The position numbers and the translations under genes were made by a program. The notes under the pieces were generated by a model. It was not told where the DNA came from. It searched no databases and worked only from the letters and a program-made list of their open reading frames with translations. Shown here piece after piece: positions 46,189-56,474 of a stretch of 64,000 nucleotides of DNA (within the stretch, counting starts at the first letter, position 1; every line of letters begins with the position of its first letter). The DNA comes from an uncultured Acidobacteriaceae bacterium (GTDB lineage: Bacteria > Acidobacteriota > Terriglobia > Terriglobales > Acidobacteriaceae): positions 6,995 through 70,994 of the forward strand of contig CAVXYT010000023.1 in NCBI GenBank assembly GCA_963765995.1, given 5' to 3'.

Positions 46189-47714
46189 CATCGCGAACGA
46201 GTCAGCAGGTCCAGAACCATGTTCGCCTGAATGGCGATCGGCCTGGGCAACATGCCGGCTACTGCATCGAGGCGGGCGCGGTCTTCTGGCTCCAGCACGC
46301 GCATTAGGTAGAAGAGCCCGAAGAGAACGATAAGGGAAGCGACACCGCCGCACAGGATGGCCCATAACGGCGTAGCAAGCTGCACAACAACGTAATGCGC
46401 GGTCAGGGATGCCGACGCGCTGATAAAGGCAATCTTTGCCACCAGCAGCCAGGGAAGTTTCACTTTGTAGAGGTGGATGGAGATGGCCCACATCAACCCG
46501 ACGGCTGCCAACTGCGCCGCGCCATTGCCGATGCATGCGCCCACCGCGCCGTGGGCCGGAATAAGATACCACGCAACGCTGATATCGATTATCCCCGCTA
46601 GTACTGTCGCGGCGATCACATAGCGCTGCCGCTCGAAACTCTCCAGCAAGTTCTGTGCGGGCGCGAGAAAGGCTTTGAACATACACAGTAGCGGCGCCAG
46701 CGTCACCACTATCATTGCACCCTCAAACTTATGCCCGTAGAAAAGCATCAGCGCCGGATATGCCAGCGACGCGGCGATGAAGTGGAGCGGTATCGACATC
46801 AGAGCGATGTAGCGGAAAGTAGAGGCGGCAAGTTCAGGCAGCCTGGATTTGTCCCGCCCGTACTGCGCGAAAATGGTTGCGCCGGCCGCCGTACCGAAGA
46901 TGGTCGCCACAAGGAGCAACTGTTCGGCCATGGTAAAAGCAACGGAATAAAAGGACACCTGCTTCACATCCGAGCACAGCGCCTTTAGCAGGATGATTTC
47001 AGAGCGTCCCCAAACGATCTGCGCCACAAACATGCTGCCAACGGCCTGCAACGCGAACGGCGTCATGCGCTGGCGCAGGCCTGGCGGATGAGCATGAGTT
47101 GTCTCCCATGCCAGTACACGCTTCATCGTTGGAAAGAAGCGCACGAGAAAATCGGCGGCTCGCATGCTGAGCAGCGACGCGCCGACGCCGACAACTCCCC
47201 AATGAAACAACACCGTTGCTGCAATAGCCGTGAAGTAGGTCAAAGCTGAGGCGATAGATCCCGGAAGATTCTTCGCCAAATCTTCCGCGGCGGTGTTGGC
47301 CTGGGCCGAGATGAAATTGATCATTGCAGGCCAAATGCTTAGTACGATAAGAACCGAGGCCAGCCAGTACTCTCCAGAGGCAGACCTGGCCACCCAGAAA
47401 ACAAAGCCGGATGTGGCCAGCGTGGCCAGGCCAAGCTGCAATAGAAGAGTCCGCAGATAAATGTACCGCGCGGTTCCCCGGTCGCCCATGCCGATAAATT
47501 CGGCCATGTACTTCCGCGTAGTCGCGGGAATGCCCATGCTGCCCAGGCTGCTGACCAGGTTGGCGATATATGAGATATAAATGAGATAGGCGTTCTTCTC
47601 AGGTCCTAGATAGCGGTTAATTGCGATCGACGTAGTAAACAGAACTACAGCGTTAATTATGTTTTCGATGCTGAACCAGCCGGCATTCCGGGCGATGGTC
47701 TTGGTGTTTTTCAT
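46188..47714 (-). CDS. Polysaccharide flippase (Wzx/PST family)
   Basis: About 12-14 TM segments; IARNAGW, YLGPE, QVSFYSVA, LIPAHGAVGACI. Confidence 0.88.
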   Translation of the reverse strand: MKNTKTIARNAGWFSIENIINAVVLFTTSIAINRYLGPEKNAYLIYISYIANLVSSLGSMGIPATTRKYMAEFIGMGDRGTARYIYLRTLLLQLGLATLATSGFVFWVARSASGEYWLASVLIVLSIWPAMINFISAQANTAAEDLAKNLPGSIASALTYFTAIAATVLFHWGVVGVGASLLSMRAADFLVRFFPTMKRVLAWETTHAHPPGLRQRMTPFALQAVGSMFVAQIVWGRSEIILLKALCSDVKQVSFYSVAFTMAEQLLLVATIFGTAAGATIFAQYGRDKSRLPELAASTFRYIALMSIPLHFIAASLAYPALMLFYGHKFEGAMIVVTLAPLLCMFKAFLAPAQNLLESFERQRYVIAATVLAGIIDISVAWYLIPAHGAVGACIGNGAAQLAAVGLMWAISIHLYKVKLPWLLVAKIAFISASASLTAHYVVVQLATPLWAILCGGVASLIVLFGLFYLMRVLEPEDRARLDAVAGMLPRPIAIQANMVLDLLTRSR

Positions 47715-47837
47715 GTCGAAATCAACTCTGATCCAAAAAGTATCGGCACACCATTCGCCCGCGCCAGTCAATTAGTGCATACTGGCAGCCGTCAGCACGT
47801 CGCGCACCGCCGGCTGCCATTAAAGCCACGTTGTTGT

Positions 47838-50171
47838 CTAACCTAGTCCTTGCAACGCGGCCCGCGCGTCCTTTGCCGCCTGCGAATTCGGCTCCATCGA
47901 AATGGCCTTCTTAAAATGGATCGTTGCGTTGTTTCTATCTCCAAGCTTGACGTATACCATTCCCAGGTGATACTGCATGGCCGTGCTGTTTGGATTGATT
48001 TTGATGGCGTCTTCCAGAAGATCGCGGGCGTATCCGTAGGTTCCCTTGAAGTAGTATGCCCACGCCAAAGTGTCGGCGGAGTTAGGTGAATCTGGCATGC
48101 CGCGCCGCGCCGTTTCCGCCAGCGTCAAGGCCACATCCACGTTTTCGCCATTCTGAAGCATTAGATAGGCAAGATTGTTGGCGGCGACAGGCTGTGCGGG
48201 CTGGAGTGCAAGAGCCTTCTTGTAGTAGTCCTCGGCCTTCCTTGTATCTCCGCTCGATTCCACCAGGGTTCCAAGAATGGCCAGGGCTCCGGCATTGCTG
48301 GGATGGGCCTTCGACCATTGCTCCCAGGCGCCAATCGCATTTGCCGCCTGTCCGCGCTGAACCTGAAGCTGCGCGTAAAGCGCAACCGCCTCGCCATCAT
48401 CGGGATTTACCTCCATGGCTTTCTGAGCCGTGGCGGCTGCCTGATCGAGGTTCTTGTTTTGTATCTGTAACTGAGCGAGCAAATCGTAGAAGCCGCTATT
48501 CTTCGGATTCTTCGCGATTTGCGCATTCAAGCGGGACAGTGCATGGTCCGGCTGCTTCTTGAGGAGATCGTAACCGACCAGCCCGCGCAAGGAGGCAATC
48601 GAATTAGGATCGTACTGTAAAGCTTGCTCCAACAGCGCGGCTCCTTCCGGGTATCGTTTTTGCGCGTAGCGAAGTTCGCCAAGCATTAGATAAGCCTGCG
48701 CGCTTTGCGGGGCAATGCTCATTGCGATCTTCATGTCGGCCTCAGCCTTGTCCGGTGAGTTATGGGACAACTCCACCATAGCTCGCCACAGATAGCCGCC
48801 AGGAAAACGAGGGGCGGCGGCAATCGTCTTGTCGGCCACATCGGCCAGCATGTTCATGTCGCCCCGCTGACCTGCAATGCGCGCAAGTTCCTCCTGTGCC
48901 TCCAAGTCCCGCGGATTCAGTTGCGCCGCCATGCGAAAGCTCCTCTCGGCCAGAGCGCTATCGCCCTTAACCATGGCGGCCTTGCCCAGCCAGAACTGAA
49001 TAAAGGCGTCCTTCGGGGCATCGTTCGCGGCACTTTGAAGGGCGTTGATCGCGTCAACCAACTTGCCATTGTTGAGCAATACAATTCCGTTCAGCACAGC
49101 GACCTGTGGATCCTTGCCATTCTTCTTCATCAACCCGGTTACCACGGTTTGAGCGGTCGCAAAGTCCTTGGTTTGAAGAAGAATCCGGACGTATCCCTCC
49201 TGCACAGAAACATTCTTGGGGTACTTTTGAGCAAGGCTTGCAAACTCCGCCCTGGCTTTGTCAATTTGACCGGAAGCAGCGTAGTAGTCAGCCAGCATTC
49301 TCACTCCCTGCGGGCTGTCCGCAAGATCGTTCGAAGCCTGACGAAGCACTATCTCGGCCCTCGCCTGATCGCCTTGCTTCAAAATCACCTGAGCAAGGGC
49401 TTCCCGCGCGCTTGGATTCTTCGGATCGGTAGCTACGGCACTCCAGCATACCTGCTCGGCTTCCTGCAAACGGCCGTTCTTGACATAGAAAGAGGCGAGC
49501 AGCAGTTTGGCATTCACAGACTTCGGATCGAGCGCAACCGACTTCTTCATTTCGTCTTCAACGGAAGAACTTAGAGTAGAATCACCCGCTTCAAGCAACG
49601 CGAGGGCTTCATGAAACGCCGCATCGTTCGGGGCCAATTCCAGCGCGCGATGAATTTCAGTCAGAGCCATATCTTTCTGTCCCCGCCTGGCCGCTATGCG
49701 GGAAAGCAAAGCGTGGACATCGGCGTTGTTAGGCTGAGCCTCCATCACCGCAACGGCCTGCGCCTGGGCGTCGTCGGTCCTGCCTCCGGCAAGCAGCAGG
49801 CTTCCGAGATCGATCCGCGCCTTGTAGTTTGCCGGCTGCAGGGTGACGGTCCGCTGGAGTTCGGCGTAAGCGGCGTTCCACGCGCCCATATGGAGGTACG
49901 TCTGCGACAGGGCATAATGCGCATCGGCAAAGTTCTTGTCAATTTTCAGGGCGTTGGAAAACTGAATGACGGCTTCTCTGTCCTTGCCCTGAGCGCTATA
50001 CCGCTGCCCGCTTTCCAGATATTTATGCTTGCGCACGTTTGGATCACGGAAGCATCCGGACAATAGTGCGAGCGACAGAAAGAGCGCAACTATCCCAACA
50101 GCCGCGCGACGATTCCTCGGCCTCCAATTGCCATCGAAGCCGGATTGAAATGCATTAAATCCGCTTTTCAT
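47838..50171 (-). CDS. TPR-repeat lipoprotein (PrsT-like, exosortase system)
   Basis: Lipobox LLSGC, many TPR repeats, C-terminal AANNLAYL...ADTLAWAYY..G.Y. Confidence 0.85.
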   Translation of the reverse strand: MKSGFNAFQSGFDGNWRPRNRRAAVGIVALFLSLALLSGCFRDPNVRKHKYLESGQRYSAQGKDREAVIQFSNALKIDKNFADAHYALSQTYLHMGAWNAAYAELQRTVTLQPANYKARIDLGSLLLAGGRTDDAQAQAVAVMEAQPNNADVHALLSRIAARRGQKDMALTEIHRALELAPNDAAFHEALALLEAGDSTLSSSVEDEMKKSVALDPKSVNAKLLLASFYVKNGRLQEAEQVCWSAVATDPKNPSAREALAQVILKQGDQARAEIVLRQASNDLADSPQGVRMLADYYAASGQIDKARAEFASLAQKYPKNVSVQEGYVRILLQTKDFATAQTVVTGLMKKNGKDPQVAVLNGIVLLNNGKLVDAINALQSAANDAPKDAFIQFWLGKAAMVKGDSALAERSFRMAAQLNPRDLEAQEELARIAGQRGDMNMLADVADKTIAAAPRFPGGYLWRAMVELSHNSPDKAEADMKIAMSIAPQSAQAYLMLGELRYAQKRYPEGAALLEQALQYDPNSIASLRGLVGYDLLKKQPDHALSRLNAQIAKNPKNSGFYDLLAQLQIQNKNLDQAAATAQKAMEVNPDDGEAVALYAQLQVQRGQAANAIGAWEQWSKAHPSNAGALAILGTLVESSGDTRKAEDYYKKALALQPAQPVAANNLAYLMLQNGENVDVALTLAETARRGMPDSPNSADTLAWAYYFKGTYGYARDLLEDAIKINPNSTAMQYHLGMVYVKLGDRNNATIHFKKAISMEPNSQAAKDARAALQGLG

Positions 50172-50261
50172 TTTTCTTCCATCCTTTCAGGCTGTCTCTT
50201 GACCGAAAATTTGAATTCATTGGCTGCGCCACGTTCCATTTCACTGTTCCTTTAAATGCTC

Positions 50262-50903
50262 CTAATCGGGGATAAATCGCGGCAGCATGGGTGTCAGGCG
50301 CATGGTGAATTCCTCGGCGCGTTTTTTTGCGTCTGAAACTTCTTCGCCGGGAGCGATCGGCGTGATAACACGGACCAGCGCGCCATCCGTGCGATTCATC
50401 CGTATTGCATCCATGACCATGTAAATCTTCGCCATGAATTCGTTTGCCACGCTGCGCCCATGCGCCTGGTACCAGTAGATGACAAACTCCCTTGCCTCGC
50501 CGTTGGCAACAATGTATTCTCCCACGCGATGCGGCTTGCCGTTCACATCGTTCAAATCGACGTAGCTCGACGACACGAAGACCCAACCTGCCCCTGGCAG
50601 GCAATGCTTCGGAGAATGGATGGTCTGGCCAGTTCTCTGGGTGGGGAAATAGCCGATGAAGAGACCAATTGGCGCCGCTTGCGGCCTGCGGGAATAAAGG
50701 CGCGAAAGGAAGTCTCCGGACCCGAGAACATCGAGCGTCTCCTGGTCGATTTGCTGGTCGCTTCCAACCCATCCCGCGATGACGCCCGGTAACTGCGACA
50801 AGGGCTCGCTGGAGGGATTCCGATCGGTACTGGAGCGCGTATGCAACAGCAGCGCCGTTCCCGTAAGCAGCAGGACCGCAGTCCAGAAACGAAGGTTCTT
50901 CAT
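50262..50903 (-). CDS. epsI: Exosortase-associated EpsI family protein
   Basis: LFIGYFPTQRTGQTIHSPKHCLPGAGW, YWYQAHGR, RTDGALVRV. Confidence 0.9.
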   Translation of the reverse strand: MKNLRFWTAVLLLTGTALLLHTRSSTDRNPSSEPLSQLPGVIAGWVGSDQQIDQETLDVLGSGDFLSRLYSRRPQAAPIGLFIGYFPTQRTGQTIHSPKHCLPGAGWVFVSSSYVDLNDVNGKPHRVGEYIVANGEAREFVIYWYQAHGRSVANEFMAKIYMVMDAIRMNRTDGALVRVITPIAPGEEVSDAKKRAEEFTMRLTPMLPRFIPD

Positions 50904-51787
50904 GTCTGCCGCCTTTTACCTGGGAAGAGGCTCATTGCGCGATGGACAAGATACAAGAATGTCAACGATACCAAAAAAATAACCCAGCCTGAAAACTCAT
51001 GAAAAAAGCCCATGGCTTTGTCCGGATCCCAATACTGGACGCACAATCCGGTGCCGAGAATGCGCACCGCGTTGGCTGCAATCGCGATCGGAACGCTGGC
51101 CACGGCGAGAACTATACGCCGCCAGACGGACTTCTCGAGGAAGTATCCATAAAAAACCGCCAGCGTGAACAGGCTCATCAGGGAGCGGATGCCGCTGCAG
51201 GCCTCGGCCACCTCCAGCTTCATCAAGGGAAGCTCGAGGACGTTGCCCTCCCGCAGAACCGGCACCCAGAATAGATCAAGCAGGCCACTGGCAAGCTTGG
51301 AAGCCAGGATCTGCAGCGGAAAGGTGATCTGGTTGAAGAGGATGGCCGGAAGCGGAATAGCCAGCAACAGGACCAGCAGGGCGAAGCGCAGCTCCTTCAA
51401 GAACAGCCGTCCGCCAAAGCAAAGCACCAGTCCGGCCAACAGGAAAATCAGCGAAACCCGCGAGAGGAAGAGCTCGGATCCGTAGACCCCCAGGAGCAGA
51501 ACGACGAGCCCCAGGACCATCACGGCAATTCCACTCCAGGAAGGAGCGACTTTTATTGAGCGAAGGGTCTCTCTCTTCTCCCACACCAGATAGGCGGCGA
51601 ACGGGGGCACCAGGAATCCGTGAGAGAAATCAGGTATCTGCCACCAGTCAGTGATTAGCTTCGCCAGCACCTGGTAATAAACCGCCACGATCAGCAGGCA
51701 TATCACCACCGAACCCACTGCAAATTGAGCGTAGCGAGAGCGCCAGTCCCTTAGGGGATCCGTAGAAGCCTGTGTGCCTTGATCCAT
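50900..51787 (-). CDS. epsH: Exosortase (EpsH/Xrt family)
   Basis: DFSHGFLVP, LAIPLP, PLQ, EVAEACSGIRSL (catalytic Cys), AIAANAVRI (Arg), FHEFSGW (His). Confidence 0.93.
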   Translation of the reverse strand: MDQGTQASTDPLRDWRSRYAQFAVGSVVICLLIVAVYYQVLAKLITDWWQIPDFSHGFLVPPFAAYLVWEKRETLRSIKVAPSWSGIAVMVLGLVVLLLGVYGSELFLSRVSLIFLLAGLVLCFGGRLFLKELRFALLVLLLAIPLPAILFNQITFPLQILASKLASGLLDLFWVPVLREGNVLELPLMKLEVAEACSGIRSLMSLFTLAVFYGYFLEKSVWRRIVLAVASVPIAIAANAVRILGTGLCVQYWDPDKAMGFFHEFSGWVIFLVSLTFLYLVHRAMSLFPGKRRQT

Positions 51788-51866
51788 TTTCCCGGTCCTC
51801 AAGCCTTATCGATCCGTACCACTCTACACTAGCAATCGGAGGCCGAAAGTGAAACGGTTCGATTCA

Positions 51867-51938
51867 GGGGAATTCCCGATGAATTCCCCTTTTGTTTGGG
51901 AATCCGCCTTCCGGTGTTAGTGGAAAATGAATTCCACT
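51867..51938. promoter_or_regulatory. Two inverted repeats in the divergent epsH/regulator promoter region
   Basis: GGGGAATTC-N5-GAATTCCCC (51867-51889) and AGTGGAA-N6-TTCCACT (51919-51938). Confidence 0.5.
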
Positions 51939-52118
51939 TTTCGGGACAATTAATGGTACACTGTTTCCCTGTGGGAGGGGACAACTCTGCCTTTTCTTCG
52001 GCGTCGCCCTGGAAAGCGCGTCCCTAAGCCCATATCCCGCAGGGAAGCCAATTCCTCGTTCTTCTCCCCCAGGTTTGGAACCTGCATTACTAAAGATGAA
52101 GTGAACTTTGGTCCCCTT

Positions 52119-53036
52119 ATGGCAACAATTGCAATGATCCAGAATGGGAAGCGGCAGGCACGGCCGGCCTCTCCTGCTGAAACGCGGATTCAACACGCGA
52201 TTGCCCGAATTGCCGAAAGCGACTGCCCGGTCTTGATCCTGGGCGAGCATGGCGCCGGGAAGCGATTTGTTGCCGCGCAAATCCACGCGAAGTCGAATCT
52301 GTCGCGCAGCGCGTTCCGGGAGATCCGCTGCATGGATGCCAACGCACCGGCCCTGCAGGCTGCGCTCTCTACTAAGGGAACGGTTTATCTTGCTGAAATA
52401 ACAGATCTTAGCCTTTCCCTGCAGGAACTGATCGTCAACACCCATTTTCGCTCCGGGCAGGTGCAAGGCTGCCGCCTCCTATGTGGTTCGAGCCGCGACC
52501 TTCCAGACGAGGTCAAGTCGTGGCGCATGAGAGAGGATTTCTACTACCTCGTATCAGCCGTTACGCTCCGGATTCCTCCACTGCGCTGCAGGAAGTCAGA
52601 GATTCTCTCCATCGCCGATGAGCTTTTGACGCAATACTCGAAGCAGTTTGACCGTCCCAAGCCGGTTCTCTGCAAGGAAATCATCGGACACCTGATGGAG
52701 CACACCTGGCCCGGCAATCTCTCCGAACTTCAGACGGCAATCAAGACCTTCGTCGCCATCGGGGACCAGGCAATTTCTCTGGCGGCCATCAAGGCGGCGT
52801 CGCCATCGGGGAGGCCGAACGGAAACCGCAGGCATCTGCTGTTGAAGGAAGCCACGCGTGCCTCATCGATCCAGCTCGAACGCCAGTTGATCACAGAGGT
52901 TCTGGTTTCAACCGGCGGCAATCGGAAACGCGCCGCGGTCGATCTCGGAATCAGCTATAAGGCCCTGCTCTACAAACTCAAGCAGATCGAAACGGAAAAC
53001 CAATCCGCATTCTGCATGAATGGAGTTGCACTATGA
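52119..53036 (+). CDS. Degenerate sigma54-activator-type AAA+ regulator with Fis HTH, no receiver domain
   Basis: VLILGEHGAGK, FREDFYY-like MREDFYYL, IPPLRCRK, WPGNLSEL, GGNRKRAA.DLGISYKALLYKLK; GAFTGA loop absent. Confidence 0.85.
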   Translation: MATIAMIQNGKRQARPASPAETRIQHAIARIAESDCPVLILGEHGAGKRFVAAQIHAKSNLSRSAFREIRCMDANAPALQAALSTKGTVYLAEITDLSLSLQELIVNTHFRSGQVQGCRLLCGSSRDLPDEVKSWRMREDFYYLVSAVTLRIPPLRCRKSEILSIADELLTQYSKQFDRPKPVLCKEIIGHLMEHTWPGNLSELQTAIKTFVAIGDQAISLAAIKAASPSGRPNGNRRHLLLKEATRASSIQLERQLITEVLVSTGGNRKRAAVDLGISYKALLYKLKQIETENQSAFCMNGVAL

Positions 53037-53692
53037 AACCAGGAAGCCTTCTCGTGGCGGCATTTCTTGCTTCGGCGCTTTTCTGCCCGGCTCAAGACAA
53101 TAAACCGGCTGCGCCGGACACGGCCAAACCGGCTGCGCCAGACGCGGCCAAGCCGGCTGCACCGGACACGGCCAAACCGGCTGCGCCAGACGCGGCCAAG
53201 CCGTCTGTGACCGACAGCTATGTCATCGGCGCTTCCGACGTTATCAGCGTGACCGTATTCAAAGAGCCGACTTTATCGGGCGGTCTGCTTGTCCGGCCTG
53301 ACGGCATGGTCTCGATGCCGCTTCTGGGCGATGTCCAGGCCTCTGGCAAGACGCCTCTGCAGTTGGCGGACGAAATTACGGACAAGCTCAAAAAGTACGT
53401 ACAGGATCCGAATGTGTCTGTAGTTCTGACGCAGATCAACAGCAAGAGAGTCTATCTGATCGGGGAAGTGGGTAAACCCGGACCTGTCGAGATGACTTCC
53501 GGCATGACCTTGCTTCAGGCAATCGCCACAGCCGGCGGACTTACACAATTCGCAAACTCGAAGAAGATTTACATCTTGCGCAACGATGGCGGAAAGCAGC
53601 AGAAGATTCCCGTGCAATACAAGCAAGCATTGAGGGGCGACGGCTCGCTCAATCTCACTCTGAATCCGGGCGATACGATTGTCGTTCCGTAG
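53033..53692 (+). CDS. Polysaccharide export protein (Wza-like Poly_export + SLBB)
   Basis: YVIGASDVISVTVF, VRPDGMVSMPLLG, VYLIGEV.KPG, LLQAIATAGG, LNPGDTIVVP. Confidence 0.92.
   Translation: MKPGSLLVAAFLASALFCPAQDNKPAAPDTAKPAAPDAAKPAAPDTAKPAAPDAAKPSVTDSYVIGASDVISVTVFKEPTLSGGLLVRPDGMVSMPLLGDVQASGKTPLQLADEITDKLKKYVQDPNVSVVLTQINSKRVYLIGEVGKPGPVEMTSGMTLLQAIATAGGLTQFANSKKIYILRNDGGKQQKIPVQYKQALRGDGSLNLTLNPGDTIVVP
53102..53203 (+). repeat. Four 24-bp tandem repeats encoding KPAAPD(T/A)A
   Basis: AA(A/G)CCGGCTGC(G/A)CC(G/A)GAC(A/G)CGGCC x4 in the N-terminal linker of the export protein. Confidence 0.9.
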
Positions 53693-53702
53693 GACTGCCC
53701 AA

Positions 53703-54941
53703 ATGAAACCATTTGCCACACTCATGGCGATTCTATTCATCGCCAGCGCCACGGCGAGAGCGCAAGTTGTTCCTGCGGCGACCGGCCCGGCAGGGCTGCC
53801 GCTCAGCGGCGCTCTGCACTACCATCTGAGCTACTCGCAGATGGTGCAGTTCTATGGCGGTCAAACCGCGCAGAATAGCATCTTATCCGGAGAGGCAACC
53901 TACAAAAATTCCAGCCCGGCCTACCCGTTCAGCCTGATGTATTCGGGCGGCAATTTGTGGAACATCTCCGGCTCCTCCGGGGAATCCGGGGTATTCCAAC
54001 ATATGTTGGCTTCGCAAGGCTTTGTCGGGCGCAAACAGTCATTCACTCTCCGTGACGACGCGAGCTATCTGCCGGAAGCGCCGACCACGGGATTTTCGGG
54101 CATCCCCGGCGTGGGCAACCTGCCCGGATTGCCCATCCCGCCGACCCTGTCGGTGCTCACGCTGAACACGCCCAGCGTCCTTAATGCCACTAGCGCGAAT
54201 TACACGCACAATCTTGGCCACGCAATCAGCTTCGGCGGCAACGGCAGCTACCAAATCCTGCGTTTCCCTGACGGCAATGGCCTGGAAATGGATTCCTGGC
54301 AGGCGGGCCCGCAAATCACCCGGCGGCTGAACGCTCTCAATTCAATATCAGCTCAATACACTTTTTCTCACATCAGCTATCCGGGGTACACGTTCACCAT
54401 GGATACTCAATCCGCGCTGTTTGGGGACCGGCGTACGTGGAGCCGGCGGTTCCAGACGAACGTCTCGGCCGGGCCGCAATGGGTACGGAGCTCAGACAGC
54501 GCGACTATTCCTACATCGATAAACCTCACCGTGAACGCGACTGCGACCTACACGACTCCGTCAACCTCGGCCACGCTCAGCTATTTCCGTACAGTAGCAG
54601 GCGGTTCGGGGGTGGAGACGCAGTTTGGGATAGAAACCAACACCGCCAGCGCCAGTCTTATGCGAAAGTATGGCAGGAACCTGGACTTAAGCGCTACGGG
54701 CGCGTACATGCGCACCCAGGGGTTGCAACTAGGATTGTCGCAGATCGGCGTGATCAACGCAGAGTATGGCGGAGTGGCGGCGACGCGGCGATGGGGCAGA
54801 TATATCATCGTATTCGCGAACTACACGGCAATCCATCAGTCGTCGAGCTCAGTGATTCCAGCGAATGCCATCAACGGGCTGTCGCAGGTGGTCAGTTTCG
54901 GCGTCGGCTACTCTCCGCGGGAAACACACTTCAGGAAGTAA
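53703..54941 (+). CDS. Outer-membrane beta-barrel of the EPS export system
   Basis: Signal peptide, alternating amphipathic beta strands, terminal SFGVGYS; operon context. Confidence 0.7.
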   Translation: MKPFATLMAILFIASATARAQVVPAATGPAGLPLSGALHYHLSYSQMVQFYGGQTAQNSILSGEATYKNSSPAYPFSLMYSGGNLWNISGSSGESGVFQHMLASQGFVGRKQSFTLRDDASYLPEAPTTGFSGIPGVGNLPGLPIPPTLSVLTLNTPSVLNATSANYTHNLGHAISFGGNGSYQILRFPDGNGLEMDSWQAGPQITRRLNALNSISAQYTFSHISYPGYTFTMDTQSALFGDRRTWSRRFQTNVSAGPQWVRSSDSATIPTSINLTVNATATYTTPSTSATLSYFRTVAGGSGVETQFGIETNTASASLMRKYGRNLDLSATGAYMRTQGLQLGLSQIGVINAEYGGVAATRRWGRYIIVFANYTAIHQSSSSVIPANAINGLSQVVSFGVGYSPRETHFRK

Positions 54942-54957
54942 CTCATCAAGGAGGCCT

Positions 54958-56472
54958 ATGCTCGGGCATCGTGAACTGACAATGCGGGACTACGAGGAAA
55001 TGCTGAAGCGGCGATTCTGGTTGATTTTGACTTCCGCGGTCCTCCTTCTGGGGATTGGTCTCGGAATCAGCTACATCCTGCCTCCGCAGTACTTGTCTCA
55101 GACGCTGGTGCTCATCGAGCAGCAGAAGGTTCCGGAAGACTATGTGAAGCCCGTCGTCGATGAAGATCTAGGCGCGCGGCTGGCGTCTATGAAGGAACAG
55201 ATTCTGAGCCGCTCGCGCATCGAGCCGATCATCGAGCGGTACGGCCTGTATGCCGGCGGCAAATACACCATGGACGATCGCGTCGATCTGACGCGCAAGG
55301 CCATAGGAATCAAACCGATTTCTCCGGGCCAGTCGTCGCGCGGGATGCCAGGCTTCTTTATCACGTTCAAGGCGCAGGACGCGCGCACCGCCCAACAGGT
55401 GTGCGGCGATATCACATCGCTTTTCGTCAGCGCGAATCTCAGCGAGCGCGCGGAGACTGCCGAAGGCACGACCGATTTCCTCAAACAGCAACTCGCCGAC
55501 TCAAAAAGAAACCTCGACGATCAGGATGCAAAACTTGCAGCCTTCGAGCGCAAGTACGTCGGCAAGCTTCCCGAGCAGGAATCGGCGAATACGAACACTC
55601 TTCAGGCGCTCACGACCCAGCTTGACGCTGCGACCCAGGCGGTGAATCGCATACAGCAAAATGGGACCTTTCTTGAATCAATGATCGCCCAGCAGGCACA
55701 GGAATCGCCACGCACCGACCCGGCTACAGGAGCATCAGCGGATACACTCACGACTCAGCTCAAGGATGCGATTACACAGCAAAAGGATCTGGAGGCTCTC
55801 TACACTCCAGATTATCCAGACATAGTCGCGATTAAGCGCAAGATCGCCAATCTGCGGGCGGAGATCGCGCGCAACGCAGCCGAGCCGGCGAAGACAGGGA
55901 CCGCTGCTCATTCTCCTGACACACCGCAGCTTCAACAGCTAAAAGCTCAGCTTCGCGCGGAGCGACAGTCCTTGGTCTCCGCCAAGCAGGAGCAGGCCCG
56001 GATCGAGCAGCAGGTTCGCACCTACGAGTCGAGACTTGAGTCAAGCCCCATGGTCGAGGAAGAGTATAAACAAATCACTCGCGACCATGAGACGGCTTTG
56101 CAGTTCTACAATACTCTGCTGACCAAGATGAACGAATCGTCCATGGCCACCGCTCTTGAACACCGCCAGCAGGGCGAACAGTTCCACGTAATGGATGCTC
56201 CCAACCTTCCGGACGCTCCTACCTTCCCGAACCATTTCATCTTTGCCGGTGGCGGCCTTGCTTCCGGCCTGATTCTGGGCCTGCTTCTTGCCGCGCTGCT
56301 CGAATACCGCGATACCGCCCTGCGCAACGAGAGCGATATTTGGGCTTTCACCAAACTGCCGACGCTGGCCGTCGTCTCCTACATCAACGATATTGATCAC
56401 CCCCGCGCGTCCCGCAGGCGCGGGAAACTCTTTTCGCGTACGGCTAAACCCATAGAAAGCGCGCCCGGATAG
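54958..56472 (+). CDS. Polysaccharide co-polymerase/chain-length determinant (Wzz/GumC)
   Basis: N- and C-terminal TM helices, long coiled coils, GEQFHVMDAPNLP..P.FPN. Confidence 0.9.
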   Translation: MLGHRELTMRDYEEMLKRRFWLILTSAVLLLGIGLGISYILPPQYLSQTLVLIEQQKVPEDYVKPVVDEDLGARLASMKEQILSRSRIEPIIERYGLYAGGKYTMDDRVDLTRKAIGIKPISPGQSSRGMPGFFITFKAQDARTAQQVCGDITSLFVSANLSERAETAEGTTDFLKQQLADSKRNLDDQDAKLAAFERKYVGKLPEQESANTNTLQALTTQLDAATQAVNRIQQNGTFLESMIAQQAQESPRTDPATGASADTLTTQLKDAITQQKDLEALYTPDYPDIVAIKRKIANLRAEIARNAAEPAKTGTAAHSPDTPQLQQLKAQLRAERQSLVSAKQEQARIEQQVRTYESRLESSPMVEEEYKQITRDHETALQFYNTLLTKMNESSMATALEHRQQGEQFHVMDAPNLPDAPTFPNHFIFAGGGLASGLILGLLLAALLEYRDTALRNESDIWAFTKLPTLAVVSYINDIDHPRASRRRGKLFSRTAKPIESAPG

Positions 56473-56474
56473 CC

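Noticed and set aside
53102-53203. 24-bp tandem repeat as a contingency or phase-variation locus
   Set aside because: Unit is a multiple of three and encodes an ordinary Pro/Ala linker; copy-number change would not switch expression
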